A stretch of DNA of 64,000 nucleotides from an uncultured Ignavibacteria bacterium (GTDB taxonomy: Bacteria; Zixibacteria; MSB-5A5; WJJR01), in the NCBI GenBank assembly GCA_964593585.1, contig CAZQIZ010000005.1, forward strand, positions 42,859-106,858, in the 5' to 3' direction. The notes beneath the pieces are model-generated. The model was not told the origin of the DNA and did not search any database. It was given only the letters and a program-made list of their open reading frames with translations. The position numbers and the translations under genes are program-made. Below, piece by piece: positions 38,636-51,133 of this stretch. Position 1 is the stretch's first letter. Every line of letters starts with the position of its first letter.

Positions 38636-39799
38636 ATGTATCGTTTCAACGTCGATGACCGCCAGCAGCCGATCCGCGATATGGTCCGCGCCTTCGCGGA
38701 AAAGGAAATCACGCCCGTCGCGGCCGCACTCGATCGTATGCCCGATCCCATCAAGTTCCCGGTTGACTACTACCGCAAGCTCGCCAAACAGGGCTTCATC
38801 GGATTCCCGCTGCCCAAGGAGTATGGCGGCACCGGTCATTCCTCGATCGAATACTGCACCCTTTGCGAAGAACTGACCTTCTGGGATCCTCCGACCTGCC
38901 TGTTGGCGGCCGTCGCCGTGCTGGCGACCGAGCCGATCTGGCACTTCGCCAATGAGGAACAAAAGAAGAAGTACATCCCCCGCATCGTGACCGGCGAGAT
39001 CATTCCCGCTTTCGCGCTGACCGAGCCCAACGCCGGCTCCGACGCGGCCAATCAGAGCACCGAGGCGGTGCTCGACAACGGCGAGTGGGTCATCAACGGC
39101 GAGAAGATCTTCATCATGCACGGCGACGTGGCCAACCTCTACGTCGTCTTCGGCAAGATCAACGAGCCGGGCGTGCGCCACAAAATTTCCGCCTGGATCG
39201 TCGAGGACAACGGCCACAACGGCATCCGCAAGGAAGTGCTCCAATACAAGATGGGCATGCGCGCGGCGACCACCGGACGCGTCTGGTTCAACAACACGCG
39301 CGTGCCGCAGTCGGCCCTGCTGGGCGAAGTCGACAAGGGCTTCCGCTACGCGATGGCGACGCTCGATTCGGCCCGCATCGGGGTCGCGGCGCAGGGGTTG
39401 GGCATCGCCGAGCGCGCGCTCGAGGAGTCGATCAACTACGCCAAGTCGCGCAAGGTCTTCGGCGAGCCGTTGGCCTCGAAGCAGGCGATCCAGTGGATGA
39501 TCGCCGACATGCAGACGCGCACCGAAGCCGCCCGCGGGTTGGCCTACCGCGCCGCCATGCTCCAGGATAAGGGCGCCAAGTTCGGGCTGGAGGCCTCGAT
39601 GGCGAAGTTGTACTGCACCGAGACCGCCAACTTCTGCGTCGATCGCGCCATGCAGATCCACGCCGGCTACGGGTACATCGGTGAGTTCTCGATGATCGAG
39701 AAATTGTATCGCGACCAGCGGATCACCGAAATCTATGAAGGCACGTCGGAAATCCAGCGCCTGGTCATCGCCGCCGCGATGCTGCGCGATCCGGCGTAG
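38636..39799 (+). CDS. Acyl-CoA dehydrogenase 1
   Basis: FALTEPNAGSDA, NGEKIFI, KMGMRA, RKVFG, ITEIYEGTSEIQR. Confidence 0.95.
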   Translation: MYRFNVDDRQQPIRDMVRAFAEKEITPVAAALDRMPDPIKFPVDYYRKLAKQGFIGFPLPKEYGGTGHSSIEYCTLCEELTFWDPPTCLLAAVAVLATEPIWHFANEEQKKKYIPRIVTGEIIPAFALTEPNAGSDAANQSTEAVLDNGEWVINGEKIFIMHGDVANLYVVFGKINEPGVRHKISAWIVEDNGHNGIRKEVLQYKMGMRAATTGRVWFNNTRVPQSALLGEVDKGFRYAMATLDSARIGVAAQGLGIAERALEESINYAKSRKVFGEPLASKQAIQWMIADMQTRTEAARGLAYRAAMLQDKGAKFGLEASMAKLYCTETANFCVDRAMQIHAGYGYIGEFSMIEKLYRDQRITEIYEGTSEIQRLVIAAAMLRDPA

Positions 39800-39816
39800 C
39801 GGTCAGTGAGGTTGCT

Positions 39817-40704
39817 ATGACGGCGGAGGCCGGTCCACAGCTGCAGTCGATCCGTCTGGGCGATTGGGAAGTCGCCGGGTTTGTCGAACGCCGCTTCGCG
39901 CTCGACGGCGGCACCATGTTCGGCGTCGTGCCGCGCATGATGTGGCAGAAGCTGATCCCGCCCGACGACGAAAACCGCGTGCCGCTGCAGGCCAATCTGT
40001 TCGTGGTCAAGACCGGCACGGCCATGGTCCTGCTCGACGCCGGTCTCGGCGACGCCCTCTCGAAATTCGATACCCGCCTCTACGATCCCCGCGGGCCGTC
40101 GCGGATCAACGAATCGCTGGCGGCCCTCGGCGTTCATCCCACGGAAGTGACGCACGTTATCTTCACGCACCTGCATACCGATCACTCCAACGGCGCCTTC
40201 GCCGGCGATCCCGATGCCCCGCTCCTCCGTTTCCCAAACGCCGACTTCTTTGTCCAGCGCGACGAGTGGGAAGACGCGACCCACCCCGACGAACGCACCA
40301 GTGCCGTCTACATTCAGCATCGCCTGCGCGCGCTGGAGGACTCGGGCCAGTTGCACCTGCTGGATGGCGACATCGACATCATCCCCGGCATTCGTGTGGT
40401 GAAGACGGGCGGGCACACCCGCGGTCATCAGGGCGTGCGCGTGACACGCGGCGACGATCGCTTCTTCTACTACGCCGATATCATCCCGTCGCGCTTCCAT
40501 CTCAAGGGCGCCTATGTCGCGGCCGTCGACATGTTTCCGATGGACACGATGAAGGCCAAAAAGAAACTGCTGGCCGACGCGCTCGATCCGCGCACGATCA
40601 TCGGCTTTGACCACGACACGACGATCATGTTCGGACGTCTGGTACAGAAAGAGAAATGGCTGGACGTCGAGCCTATTCCGGGTTCATCCAATCCCAGCGC
40701 GTGA
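39817..40704 (+). CDS. Metallo-beta-lactamase-fold hydrolase (YtnP-like)
   Basis: [30 protein letters not shown]. Confidence 0.92.
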   Translation: MTAEAGPQLQSIRLGDWEVAGFVERRFALDGGTMFGVVPRMMWQKLIPPDDENRVPLQANLFVVKTGTAMVLLDAGLGDALSKFDTRLYDPRGPSRINESLAALGVHPTEVTHVIFTHLHTDHSNGAFAGDPDAPLLRFPNADFFVQRDEWEDATHPDERTSAVYIQHRLRALEDSGQLHLLDGDIDIIPGIRVVKTGGHTRGHQGVRVTRGDDRFFYYADIIPSRFHLKGAYVAAVDMFPMDTMKAKKKLLADALDPRTIIGFDHDTTIMFGRLVQKEKWLDVEPIPGSSNPSA

Positions 40705-40730
40705 CATTCTTCCGAATGGGAGTCATACCC

Positions 40731-42281
40731 ATGAGCAAACCCACACCGATCGAACGGCTTCACCAGATGCGGGCGCTGGCGGCGGAGCCCGGCGGCGCGC
40801 CGCGCGCCGCGGCGCAGCGCGCCAAAGGCAAATTGCTGGCCCGCGAACGGCTCGAGATCCTCCTCGATGAAGGCAGCTTCGAAGAGCTCGATCGGTTTGT
40901 CACCCACCGCTCCACCGATTTCGGCCTGGCCGACCAGCGCCCCTTGGGCGATGGGGTCGTGACCGGCTCGGGACGGATCGAGGGACGGCCCGTCTATGTC
41001 TTCAGTCAGGATTTCACCGTCTTCGGCGGCACCCTGGCCGAAGGTCACGCGCGGAAAATCTGCAAGATCATGGACATGGCGCTGAAGACCGGCGTGCCGG
41101 TCATCGGCCTCAATGATTCCGGCGGCGCACGCATTCAGGAAGGCGTGGTCTCGCTCGGCGGTTACGCCGACATCTTTCTGCGCAACACTCTTTGTTCGGG
41201 GGTCATCCCGCAGATCTCACTCATCATGGGCCCTTGCGCCGGCGGCGCGGTCTACTCGCCGGCAATCACCGACTTCATTCTGATGGTGCGCGGCACCTCC
41301 TACATGTTTGTGACCGGGCCGAATGTCGTGAAAACCGTCACCCATGAGGAAATCGATTTCGAGGGACTCGGCGGCGCGCAGGTGTGCGCCGAAAAAAGCG
41401 GCATCGCCCACATGGTCGCCGACAACGACGCCGAGGTCCTGCTCCTGACGCGCAAGTTGTTCAGTTTCCTGCCGCAGAACAACCTCGACACGCCGCCACG
41501 CCGCAAGTCCGATGATCCGCCCGACCGCGCCGACGCCGAACTCGACAACGTCGTGCCGCTGGATCCCAACAAGCCCTACGACATCAAGGAAGTCATCACC
41601 CGCGTGGTCGATGACGGCGAGTTCCTCGAGATCCAGCCAGATTACGCGGGCAACATCGTGGTGGGCTATGCCCGCCTGGCCGGACGCGCCGTCGGCATCG
41701 TTGCGAATCAGCCCGCCGTCCTCGCCGGTGTGCTCGACATCGCCTCGTCGATCAAGGGCGCGCGCTTTGTGCGCACCTGCGACGCCTTCAACATCCCGCT
41801 GGTCGTCTTCGAAGACGTCCCTGGGTTCCTGCCGGGCGTCTCCCAGGAGCACGGCGGGATTATCAAGCACGGCGCCAAGCTGCTGTTTGCCTTCTGCGAG
41901 GCGACGGTGCCCAAGGTCACCGTGATCACCCGCAAGGCCTATGGCGGCGCCTACGATGTCATGAACTCGAAGCATGTGCGCGGCGATTACAACGTCGCCT
42001 GGCCGACGGCCGAAATCGCGGTCATGGGCCCCAAGGGCGCCGCCGAGATCATCTTTCGCAAGGAAATCGCCGCGGCCAAAGACCCCGCGGCCGAGACCGA
42101 GCGCCTGGCCGAAGAGTACCGCGCCAAGTTCGCCAACCCGTATGTCGCGGCCCAGTATGGCTACATCGATGACGTCATCGAGCCGCGGGAGACCCGGTCA
42201 CGCCTGATTCGCGCCCTGGATATCATCGAAACCAAGCGCGACCAGAATCCGCCGAAGAAGCACGGCAACATTCCGCTGTGA
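40731..42281 (+). CDS. pccB: Acyl-CoA (propionyl-CoA) carboxylase carboxyltransferase subunit
   Basis: [48 protein letters not shown]. Confidence 0.95.
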   Translation: MSKPTPIERLHQMRALAAEPGGAPRAAAQRAKGKLLARERLEILLDEGSFEELDRFVTHRSTDFGLADQRPLGDGVVTGSGRIEGRPVYVFSQDFTVFGGTLAEGHARKICKIMDMALKTGVPVIGLNDSGGARIQEGVVSLGGYADIFLRNTLCSGVIPQISLIMGPCAGGAVYSPAITDFILMVRGTSYMFVTGPNVVKTVTHEEIDFEGLGGAQVCAEKSGIAHMVADNDAEVLLLTRKLFSFLPQNNLDTPPRRKSDDPPDRADAELDNVVPLDPNKPYDIKEVITRVVDDGEFLEIQPDYAGNIVVGYARLAGRAVGIVANQPAVLAGVLDIASSIKGARFVRTCDAFNIPLVVFEDVPGFLPGVSQEHGGIIKHGAKLLFAFCEATVPKVTVITRKAYGGAYDVMNSKHVRGDYNVAWPTAEIAVMGPKGAAEIIFRKEIAAAKDPAAETERLAEEYRAKFANPYVAAQYGYIDDVIEPRETRSRLIRALDIIETKRDQNPPKKHGNIPL

Positions 42282-42385
42282 TGACGGCGTCGCGCGGGCG
42301 GATCGCCGGTAACGTCCCGCGGCCCGAGGCGCCCGTGCGCCGCTGACCGGCTGCTGAAAGCAGTTGATCCAACTGGGGAGACATC

Positions 42386-43909
42386 ATGCGCCGTGTGCTG
42401 ATTGCCAACCGTGGAGAGATCGCCGTCCGCGTCATCCGCGCCTGCCGCCGCTATGGCATCGAGTCGGTGGCGGTCTATTCCAATGCCGACCGTGCCGCCC
42501 TCCACGTGCGCATGGCCGATCACGCCTACCATCTGGGCGCGCCGCCGCCCAGCGAAAGCTACCTGAACGTCGACAAGATCATCGCCACCGCCAAGAAGTC
42601 CGGCGCCGATGCGATCCACCCCGGCTATGGGTTCCTGTCGGAGAATGCGGCCTTCGCCCAGCGGGTGGTCGATGAGGGGCTGATCTGGATCGGCCCGCCG
42701 CCCTCGGCGATCGCATTAATGGGCGACAAGATCGCCGCCCGGCGCCTGATGCGGCACTCGGGCGTGCCGGTTGTTCCCGGTTCCGATGCGCCGATCGAGG
42801 ATCCGGCGCAGGCGTTGCGCGTCGCGCAGCAGGCCGGCTTCCCGATCCTGCTGAAGGCCGTGGCCGGCGGCGGCGGCAAGGGCATGCGCATGGTCGAGCG
42901 TCCCGAGGACTGGAACGACGCCTTCGAGGGCGCCAGCCGGGAAGCCCGGCGCGCCTTCGGCGATGGACGCATGTTCTGGGAGAAATACGTCCAGCGCCCC
43001 CACCACGTCGAAATCCAGGTGCTCGGCGGGCCGTATGGACGCGCCATCTCGCTGTTTGAGCGCGAATGTTCGATCCAACGACGGCATCAGAAGGTGATCG
43101 AGGAATCGCCGTCGCCGCTGATGACCGATGATCTGCGCGCCCGTATGTCGCGCGCGGCGGTGGCCGCCGCCGAGGCCTGCGGCTATGTCAGCGCCGGCAC
43201 CGTCGAGTTCCTCGTCGACAACGACCGCAATTTCTATTTCCTCGAGATGAACACCCGTCTGCAGGTCGAACACCCGGTCACCGAAGCCGTCACCGGCGTC
43301 GATCTGGTGATCGAGCAGTTCCGCATCGCCTCGGGGGTGAAATGGACTCCGCCCGCGATACCGGAGCGGCCGTTCGGGCACGCCATGGAGTTTCGCATTT
43401 ACGCCGAAGATCCGGAAAACAACTTCCTGCCGACGCCGGGACGGCTGGCGGTCTACCGTCAACCGCAGGGGCCGGGTGTGCGGGTCGACTCCGGCGTCTA
43501 TTGGGGCTATACAGTTCCCATCTACTATGACCCGATGATCTCGAAACTGGTGGTCTGGGGGCGCGACCGCGAGGAGACCATGGCGCGCGCCTCGGCGGCG
43601 CTGGAGGAGTATCAGATTGTCGGCGTGGTTTCGACCATCGAGTTCCACCGCCGCATCCTGGAACACCCCGAATTCCGCAAGGGTAACACGACCACCGACT
43701 TCATCTCCCGATACCTTGACGAATTCAAGCCGGTGCAGACCCATTCCGATGGAGTCGCCAACGCCATCGCGCTGGCCGCCGCGCTCTATTCGCGCAAGAA
43801 GGCGGAGCGGCACGCCCCGCTCCACCGCGACGGCGGTGGGGTGGAGGCATCCAACTGGCTGCGGCAGGGACGGGTTGAATCAACCCTGCGCTGGCCCATG
43901 GCGCACTAG
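42386..43909 (+). CDS. accC: Biotin carboxylase subunit
   Basis: LIANRGEIAVR, HPGYGFLSEN, GGGGKGMR, RECSIQRRHQK, EMNTRLQVEHPVTE. Confidence 0.96.
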   Translation: MRRVLIANRGEIAVRVIRACRRYGIESVAVYSNADRAALHVRMADHAYHLGAPPPSESYLNVDKIIATAKKSGADAIHPGYGFLSENAAFAQRVVDEGLIWIGPPPSAIALMGDKIAARRLMRHSGVPVVPGSDAPIEDPAQALRVAQQAGFPILLKAVAGGGGKGMRMVERPEDWNDAFEGASREARRAFGDGRMFWEKYVQRPHHVEIQVLGGPYGRAISLFERECSIQRRHQKVIEESPSPLMTDDLRARMSRAAVAAAEACGYVSAGTVEFLVDNDRNFYFLEMNTRLQVEHPVTEAVTGVDLVIEQFRIASGVKWTPPAIPERPFGHAMEFRIYAEDPENNFLPTPGRLAVYRQPQGPGVRVDSGVYWGYTVPIYYDPMISKLVVWGRDREETMARASAALEEYQIVGVVSTIEFHRRILEHPEFRKGNTTTDFISRYLDEFKPVQTHSDGVANAIALAAALYSRKKAERHAPLHRDGGGVEASNWLRQGRVESTLRWPMAH

Positions 43910-43929
43910 CGATCGACTGTGAGGAGTGT

Positions 43930-44436
<507 letters not shown>

Positions 44437-44452
44437 AACAAGACGGATTTGT

Positions 44453-45352
44453 ATGCGCATCTTTGTCACCGGCGCCACCGGATACATCGGCATAAACGTC
44501 GCGCTCGCGCTGCGGCGCGCCGGCCATGAGGTCTGGGGGTTGGTGCGTTCAGCGGAGAAGGGCGTCAAGCTGACCCGGCATGAGATTCACCCTGTCGTCG
44601 GCGCCCTCGACAACATCCCCGGCTTCCTCGACGCCGTCACCCGCTGTTCGGTCATCGTGCACGCCGCCGAAGACAAGACCGACAATGAGCGCCTCGATCG
44701 CCAGTGCCTCGAGGCATTCCTCCAGATCGCCGGTAAGGGGCCGCAACCCAAGACCCTGGTCTACACCAGCGGTGTCTGGGTCTACGGCGACACCGGCAAC
44801 GCGCTGATCGATGAGACCGCGCCGCTCAATCCGGTCAAACTCAAACCGTGGCGCCCGGCCCATGAGGACATGGTGCTCAAGGCTGGTAAGATGCGCGGCA
44901 TCGTCATCCGTCCGGGGTGTGTCTATGGGCGCCAGGGGGGAATGACCGGATTCTGGTTCAAAGGACCCTCAGAGGGCAAACCGCCGCTGGTCGTCGGCGA
45001 CGGACGCAACCACTGGGCGATGATCCATGTCGACGATGTCGCTTTCGGTTATGTAAAGGCCGTGGAAAGCGGGCGTTCGTCGGAGATCTTCAACCTGACC
45101 GACCGCTCGCGCCACACCGTGCTGGAACTGGCGACCGCCGCGGCGCGCGCCGCTGGTTATCAGGGGCCGGTTCCGACCATGCCGATGGAGGAGGCGCGCG
45201 CCAAGTTCGGCCTGTTTGCCGACTGTCTCGCGCTGGACCAGCACATCGACTCGCGCAAGGCCGTGCGTGTGCTCGGCTGGCATCCGCGCCACGGCGGTTT
45301 CCTCGATGCTGTCAGCACCTATTACCAGGCCTGGAAGGCCTATCAGGGTTGA
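44453..45352 (+). CDS. NAD-dependent epimerase/dehydratase (atypical SDR)
   Basis: TGATGYIG, YTSGVWVYG, IRPGCVYG, IHVDDVA. Confidence 0.88.
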   Translation: MRIFVTGATGYIGINVALALRRAGHEVWGLVRSAEKGVKLTRHEIHPVVGALDNIPGFLDAVTRCSVIVHAAEDKTDNERLDRQCLEAFLQIAGKGPQPKTLVYTSGVWVYGDTGNALIDETAPLNPVKLKPWRPAHEDMVLKAGKMRGIVIRPGCVYGRQGGMTGFWFKGPSEGKPPLVVGDGRNHWAMIHVDDVAFGYVKAVESGRSSEIFNLTDRSRHTVLELATAAARAAGYQGPVPTMPMEEARAKFGLFADCLALDQHIDSRKAVRVLGWHPRHGGFLDAVSTYYQAWKAYQG

Positions 45353-45361
45353 GCGCCATCC

Positions 45362-46957
45362 ATGGACGATAAGCCAAAAGCCCCGCCGGTCACTTCTTCA
45401 GGAATTCCGATAGCGCCGCTGTATGATCGCTGGCCCGACGGTTTCGATCCATCGCGCGACCTCGGCGCCCCCGGCCATTACCCCTTCACGCGCGGCGTCT
45501 ACGAGGGAATGTACACCCGGCGCCTGTGGACCATGCGCCAGTACGCCGGATTTGGCACCGCGCGCGAATCCAACGCCCGCTATCGCCACCTGCTTGCGCA
45601 GGGGCAGACCGGGCTGTCAGTGGCCTTTGATCTGCCCACCCAGATGGGCTACGATTCCGACCACCGCCTGGCGCGCGGCGAAGTCGGCCGCACCGGCGTC
45701 GCCATCGACGGACTCTGGGACATGGAGGTCCTCCTCGACCAGATTCCGCTCGAACAGGTGTCGATCTCGATGACCATCAACGCGACCGCCGCTATCCTGC
45801 TGGCCCTGGTGGTCGCGGTCGCCAAACGGCGGGGAGTGCCCCTCGATGGGCTCTCCGGCACCATCCAGAACGACATTCTGAAAGAATACATCGCCCGCGG
45901 CACCTACATCTATCCGCCGAAGCCGTCGATGCGGCTGATTGCCGACACGATCCGTTACTGCCATGCGACCCTGCCGCGCTGGAATCCGATTTCGATTTCC
46001 GGCTACCATATCCGCGAGGCCGGCTCGACCGCCGCGCAAGAGATCGCCTTCACGTTGGCCAATGGCATCGCCTACGTCGACAATGCGCGCGCCGCCGGGC
46101 TGCACGTCGACGATTTCGCCCCGCGGCTCTCGTTCTTCCTGAACGTGCACAACAATCTGTTCGAGGAGATTGCCAAGTTCCGCTGCGCCCGCCGCCTCTG
46201 GGCTCGGATCATGAAGGAACGCTACGGCGCGCAGAAGGCCGAGTCGATGCGCTTCCGCTTCCACACGCAGACCGCCGGCTCCACGCTCACCGCCCAGCAG
46301 CCGCTGGTCAATGTTCCGCGCGTCACGCTGCAGGCGCTGGCGGCCGTCCTCGGCGGCACCCAGTCGCTGCACACCAACGCCTACGACGAAGCGCTGGCGC
46401 TGCCGACCGCCGAATCGGCCGAGCTGGCGTTGCGCACCCAGCAAATCATCGCCTATGAATCCGGCGCCGTCGAGACCGCCGATCCGCTCGCCGGCTCGTT
46501 CTTCATCGAATCGCTGACCAACGAACTCGAAACGCGGGTGACCGCCCTGCTCGACGCGGTCGATAAACTCGGCGGCGCGGTTGCCGCCGTCGAAAAGGGA
46601 TACTTCGCCCGCGAAATCGAACGCTCCGCCGTCGACTACCAGCGACGCATCGAAAAAGGGGAGATGACCGTCGTCGGGGTCAATCGCTTCGTCAAAGACG
46701 CGACCGCGACGGTTGCCATCGCCCATCTGGATCCGGCGCTGGAGCGCGAGCAATGCTCGCGTCTGGCCGCCGCCCGCGCGGGCCGCGATGCGGCGCAGGT
46801 TGCCGGCGCGCTGGCGCAACTGGAGACACTGGCGCGCGGCGACGGCCATCTCATGCCGCAGATCGTCGCCTGCGTCGAGGCACAGGCCACTCTCGGCGAG
46901 ATCGCCGACACTCTCCGCGCAGTCTGGGGAGAATACCAACGCGCCCAGGGCGGTTGA
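45362..46957 (+). CDS. B12 methylmalonyl-CoA mutase large subunit
   Basis: WTMRQYAGF (Tyr) and EYIARGTY (Arg) form the MCM signature; [19 protein letters not shown]. Confidence 0.92.
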   Translation: MDDKPKAPPVTSSGIPIAPLYDRWPDGFDPSRDLGAPGHYPFTRGVYEGMYTRRLWTMRQYAGFGTARESNARYRHLLAQGQTGLSVAFDLPTQMGYDSDHRLARGEVGRTGVAIDGLWDMEVLLDQIPLEQVSISMTINATAAILLALVVAVAKRRGVPLDGLSGTIQNDILKEYIARGTYIYPPKPSMRLIADTIRYCHATLPRWNPISISGYHIREAGSTAAQEIAFTLANGIAYVDNARAAGLHVDDFAPRLSFFLNVHNNLFEEIAKFRCARRLWARIMKERYGAQKAESMRFRFHTQTAGSTLTAQQPLVNVPRVTLQALAAVLGGTQSLHTNAYDEALALPTAESAELALRTQQIIAYESGAVETADPLAGSFFIESLTNELETRVTALLDAVDKLGGAVAAVEKGYFAREIERSAVDYQRRIEKGEMTVVGVNRFVKDATATVAIAHLDPALEREQCSRLAAARAGRDAAQVAGALAQLETLARGDGHLMPQIVACVEAQATLGEIADTLRAVWGEYQRAQGG

Positions 46958-47012
46958 CCGCCGACCCCGTCTGTCAAACCCGACCGTCCGTCATTTCTGG
47001 AAGGAGACCAGG

Positions 47013-47423
47013 ATGCTTAAGAAGATCGCCCATATCTCGATTGCCGTCACCAACCTCGATCGCGCCTGCGCCTTCTACCACGATGTCATGGGCGGCGAGA
47101 TCACCGACCGTCACCGTGTCGACGACCAGAAAGTGGAGGTGGCCTTCGTCAACTTCTCCGCCGGTACCAAGATCGAGTTGATCGCGCCCACCCAGGAGGA
47201 TTCGCCGGTCGGACGGTTCCTTGCCAAGCATGGCCCCGGCATCCACCACATCTGCTTCGAGACCGACAACATCGAAAAGCAAATGGCCTTCCTGTCCGAT
47301 CATGGCGTGAAACTGATCGACGCCGCCCCCCGTCGCGGGGCCGAGCACGACAAGATCGCGTTTGTGCACCCGTCCTCGGCGCTCGGCACGCTGATTGAAT
47401 TGTCCGAGCCGCTGAAGAAATAG
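47013..47423 (+). CDS. mce: Methylmalonyl-CoA epimerase
   Basis: AHISIAV, KIELIAP, GPGIHHICF, FVHP, LIEL; AGGAG SD. Confidence 0.93.
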   Translation: MLKKIAHISIAVTNLDRACAFYHDVMGGEITDRHRVDDQKVEVAFVNFSAGTKIELIAPTQEDSPVGRFLAKHGPGIHHICFETDNIEKQMAFLSDHGVKLIDAAPRRGAEHDKIAFVHPSSALGTLIELSEPLKK

Positions 47424-47558
47424 GTGACCCGCCCCTCCCCCGCAGGCACGACGGTCAAACTCGGCCGTCGGGTTTTCACTTTGTGTCAAACTGTCCTCTG
47501 ATGGGTTGATTTCGCCCGTTGTGCTCCTGTATCTTCCTCGGCTCTGAGGGATGAGACG

Positions 47559-48263
47559 ATGAGCAAAGTCGTTGCCGATGCCCGCGAGGCGCTGTCGAAA
47601 GTTGATCTACGCGACGGAATGACCATCATGGCCGGCGGATTCGGCCTTTGCGGCATTCCGGAAAACCTGATCGCCGCCTTGCGCGATTCCGGCATCAAGA
47701 ACCTCACCGTCATCAGCAACAACGCCGGCGTCGACGATTTCGGTCTGGGTTTGCTTTTGCAAACACGACAGATCCGCAAGATGATCTCCACCTATGTCGG
47801 CGAGAACGCGATTTTCGAGCAGCAATACTTGAAGGGCGAATTGGAGATCGAATTCGTCCCGCAGGGCACCTTCGCCGAACGCATCCGCGCCGGCGGCGCC
47901 GGGATTCCGGGGTTTTACACTCCCACCGGTGTCGGCACGTTGGTGGCCGAAGGGAAGGAGACGAGGGTCATCGACGGGCGTGAGTATGTTCTTGAGCGCG
48001 GCCTGACCGCCGACCTGTCGCTGGTCAAGGCCTGGCGCGGCGATCCGCTCGGCAATCTGGTCTACCGCAAGACCGCGCGCAATTTCAACCCGATGATGGC
48101 CACCGCCGGACGCATCACGCTGGCGGAGGTCGAGGAAATGGTGCCGGTCGGCGCGATCGATCCGGACCACGTGCACACACCCGGCATCTACGTTCACCAT
48201 CTTTTCCAGGGTGCGCGCTACGAAAAGCGCATCGAACAGCGCACGACGCGTCCCCGTCCCTGA
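47559..48263 (+). CDS. scoA: 3-oxoacid CoA-transferase subunit A
   Basis: GGFGLCGIPENLI, SNNAG, PQGTFAERIRAGG, TARNFNP, VHTPGIYV. Confidence 0.95.
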   Translation: MSKVVADAREALSKVDLRDGMTIMAGGFGLCGIPENLIAALRDSGIKNLTVISNNAGVDDFGLGLLLQTRQIRKMISTYVGENAIFEQQYLKGELEIEFVPQGTFAERIRAGGAGIPGFYTPTGVGTLVAEGKETRVIDGREYVLERGLTADLSLVKAWRGDPLGNLVYRKTARNFNPMMATAGRITLAEVEEMVPVGAIDPDHVHTPGIYVHHLFQGARYEKRIEQRTTRPRP

Positions 48264-48269
48264 GCCGCC

Positions 48270-48929
48270 ATGCCGACCAATCCGCAGGATCGCATCATCC
48301 GCCGCGCCGCGCAGGAACTGCGCGACGGCTACTACGTCAATCTCGGCATCGGGATGCCGACCCTCGTGGCCAACCACATCCCGCCGGGCGTGAACATTGT
48401 TCTGCAATCAGAGAATGGCCTGCTCGGCATTGGTCCGTTCCCGTATCCCGGCGAAGAAGATCCGGACTTGATCAACGCCGGCAAGCAAACCATCACGGAG
48501 ATTCCGGGTTCATCCTACTTCTCTTCGGCCGATTCATTCGCCATGATCCGCGGCGGCCATGTCGACATCACCATCCTCGGTGCGATGCAAGTCTCGCAGT
48601 ACGGCGATCTGGCCAACTGGATGATTCCCGGCAAACTGATCAAAGGGATGGGCGGCGCGATGGACCTGGTGGCCGGTGCCCGGCATGTCATCGTCACGAT
48701 GACCCATACCGCCAAGGACGGCTCGCACAAGATTCTCAAAGAGTGCAATCTGCCGCTGACCGGACGGCGGTGTGTCGACATGATCATCACCGAGTATGCC
48801 GTCTTCGATGTGGACGCGCAGAACGGGCTTCTGTTGAAGGAAAAGACCGCCGACGTCACGCTGGAACAGCTCGCGCAGATGACCGGTTGTGACTTCGCGG
48901 TGGCCAACGAGTTGAGAACCCTCACGTGA
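48270..48929 (+). CDS. scoB: 3-oxoacid CoA-transferase subunit B
   Basis: [12 protein letters not shown] (catalytic Glu), [14 protein letters not shown]. Confidence 0.95.
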   Translation: MPTNPQDRIIRRAAQELRDGYYVNLGIGMPTLVANHIPPGVNIVLQSENGLLGIGPFPYPGEEDPDLINAGKQTITEIPGSSYFSSADSFAMIRGGHVDITILGAMQVSQYGDLANWMIPGKLIKGMGGAMDLVAGARHVIVTMTHTAKDGSHKILKECNLPLTGRRCVDMIITEYAVFDVDAQNGLLLKEKTADVTLEQLAQMTGCDFAVANELRTLT

Positions 48930-48987
48930 CGGCGGGCCAAAGACCCGTCCCGCAAGGCGCAAAGGCGGGTGACAACCCCGCCTCTAC
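48927..48987. repeat. Inverted pair of REP-like hairpins
   Basis: Left GTGAC-GGCGGG-CCAAAGA-CCCGTC; the right unit on the minus strand reads GTAG-AGGCGGG-GTTGTCA-CCCGCCT. Confidence 0.55.
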
Positions 48988-49010
48988 ATGGCAAGCAAAC
49001 GAGGTGCACA

Positions 49011-50207
49011 ATGCCGAACCCCCAGAATGAAGCCGTCATCCTCTCCGCCTGCCGCACGGCGATCGGCGCCTACCAGGGCGGGCTGTCGAACTTCAGCGCG
49101 ACGCAATTGGGCGCGGTCGCCATCCGCGAGGCGGTCCGTCGCGCCGGCATCGGCGACGATGATATCGATGAAGTGATCATGGGCCAGGTGGTGCAGGCGG
49201 GCGTCGGTCAGGCCCCGGCGCGCCAGGCGGCCATCCACGGCGGCGTGCCGTCGGCGGTCGGCTGCATGACCATCAACAAGGTTTGCGGTTCCGGTCTCAA
49301 GGCCGTCATGCTCGCCGCCCAGTCGATCCGCGCCGGCGATCAGAAATTGATCGTCGCCGGCGGCATGGAGTCGATGTCCAACACGCCGTTCGTTCTGCAC
49401 GGCGCCAAGAAGGGGCTGAAGTTCGGCGATCAGATCATGAAGGACTCCATGGTCCTCGATGGCCTCTGGGACTCGTTCAACAACTTTCACATGGGCAACG
49501 CCGCCGAACTGACGGCGAAGAAGTCGAACATCACCCGCCGCGACCAGGACGAGTACGCCGCCGGCTCGCACGCCAAGGCGCTGGCCGCCATCGCATCCGG
49601 CAAGTTCGCCGCTGAAATCGTGCCGGTCGAAGTCCCGCAGCGCAAGGGCGATCCCATCAAGTTTGAAAAGGACGAGTGCCCCCGTCCCGGCACTACCGTC
49701 GACACGCTCGCCAATCTCAAGCCGGCATTCCAGAAGGACGGCACTGTCACCGCGGGCAATGCGCCCGGCCTCAACGATGGCGCCAGCGCGCTCATCGTCG
49801 CCTCGCGCGCCTATGCGCAGACGCACAACATCAAGCCGCTGGCCCGCGTCATCGACTACGCCGTCGCCGGCACCGACCCCGAATTGCTCTTTTACTCGCC
49901 CATCTATGCGGTGCGCAAGCTGATGCAGAAACTGAACGTCGAGATCAACCACTGGGACCTAATCGAAGCCAACGAGGCCTTCGCGGCGCAGTGCATCGCC
50001 GATGGCCGTGAATTGGGCTGGGACTGGGACCGGGTCAATGTTCACGGCGGTGCGATTGCCCTCGGGCATCCGATCGGCGCCTCCGGGGCGCGCATCCTCA
50101 CCACGCTCATCTACGCGCTCAAGGACCGCAACAAGTCCCGGGGCTTGGCCACTCTCTGCCTCGGCGGCGGTAACGCGGTCGCCCTGGCCATCGAAATCGA
50201 GAACTGA
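49011..50207 (+). CDS. Acetyl-CoA C-acetyltransferase (thiolase)
   Basis: [41 protein letters not shown]. Confidence 0.97.
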   Translation: MPNPQNEAVILSACRTAIGAYQGGLSNFSATQLGAVAIREAVRRAGIGDDDIDEVIMGQVVQAGVGQAPARQAAIHGGVPSAVGCMTINKVCGSGLKAVMLAAQSIRAGDQKLIVAGGMESMSNTPFVLHGAKKGLKFGDQIMKDSMVLDGLWDSFNNFHMGNAAELTAKKSNITRRDQDEYAAGSHAKALAAIASGKFAAEIVPVEVPQRKGDPIKFEKDECPRPGTTVDTLANLKPAFQKDGTVTAGNAPGLNDGASALIVASRAYAQTHNIKPLARVIDYAVAGTDPELLFYSPIYAVRKLMQKLNVEINHWDLIEANEAFAAQCIADGRELGWDWDRVNVHGGAIALGHPIGASGARILTTLIYALKDRNKSRGLATLCLGGGNAVALAIEIEN

Positions 50208-50215
50208 GGAACATC

Positions 50216-51085
50216 ATGAGCGCTTCCGCACACATCAGGAATGTCGCCGTCCTCGGAGCCGGCACCATGGGCAATGGAATTGCTCACGTCTTCGCGCAGA
50301 GCGGTTTTGCCGTCACGCTGATCGACACGACTCCCGAGATCCTCTCCCGCGCGCTGGCCACCATCACCGCCAACCTCGATCGTCAGGTGAAAAAGGGCGT
50401 CCTCACCGACGCCGACAAGGCCGCCGCCCTTGCCCGGCTCAAAACCAGCAACATCACCGCCGACGTCGCCGGCTGCGAACTGGCCATCGAGGCAATCTTC
50501 GAGAATCTCGAGGTCAAACGCGACCTGTTGGGGAAGGTCGATCGCGCCTTGGGGGAGAAAGCGATCATCGCCACCAACACTTCGTCATTGCCGATCACGC
50601 TGCTGGCGGCCGCCACCGGACGTCCCGACCGGTTTGTCGGGATGCATTTCATGAATCCGGTCCCGGTGATGAAACTGGTGGAGATCATCCGCGGGCATCG
50701 CACCTCCGACGAAACGATGGCGGTCATCGTCGACCTCTGCGCGCGGCTGGGCAAGACCGGCGTCAGCGTCAACGACTACCCCGGCTTTGTCTCCAACCGC
50801 GTGCTGATGCCGCTCATCAACGAAGCGATTTTCTGCCTGATGGAGGGCGTTGCCGAAGCGCCGGCGATCGATGAAGTGATGAAGCTGGGCATGAATCACC
50901 CGATGGGCCCGCTGACGCTGGCCGACTTCATCGGGCTGGATGTCTGTCTCGATATCATGAATGTGCTCCATACCGGATTGGGCGATCCCCGCTACCGACC
51001 CTGCCCGTTGCTGAAAAAGATGGTGCAGGCCGGGCATCTCGGACGCAAGAGCGGCCGGGGATTTTACGACTACGCCAAAGCCTAA
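50216..51085 (+). CDS. hbd: 3-hydroxybutyryl-CoA dehydrogenase
   Basis: [50 protein letters not shown]. Confidence 0.96.
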   Translation: MSASAHIRNVAVLGAGTMGNGIAHVFAQSGFAVTLIDTTPEILSRALATITANLDRQVKKGVLTDADKAAALARLKTSNITADVAGCELAIEAIFENLEVKRDLLGKVDRALGEKAIIATNTSSLPITLLAAATGRPDRFVGMHFMNPVPVMKLVEIIRGHRTSDETMAVIVDLCARLGKTGVSVNDYPGFVSNRVLMPLINEAIFCLMEGVAEAPAIDEVMKLGMNHPMGPLTLADFIGLDVCLDIMNVLHTGLGDPRYRPCPLLKKMVQAGHLGRKSGRGFYDYAKA

Positions 51086-51133
51086 CGGGAGCGTGGACTA
51101 ACCAGTCGCCGCGTCCACTGAGGAAGAGACACC

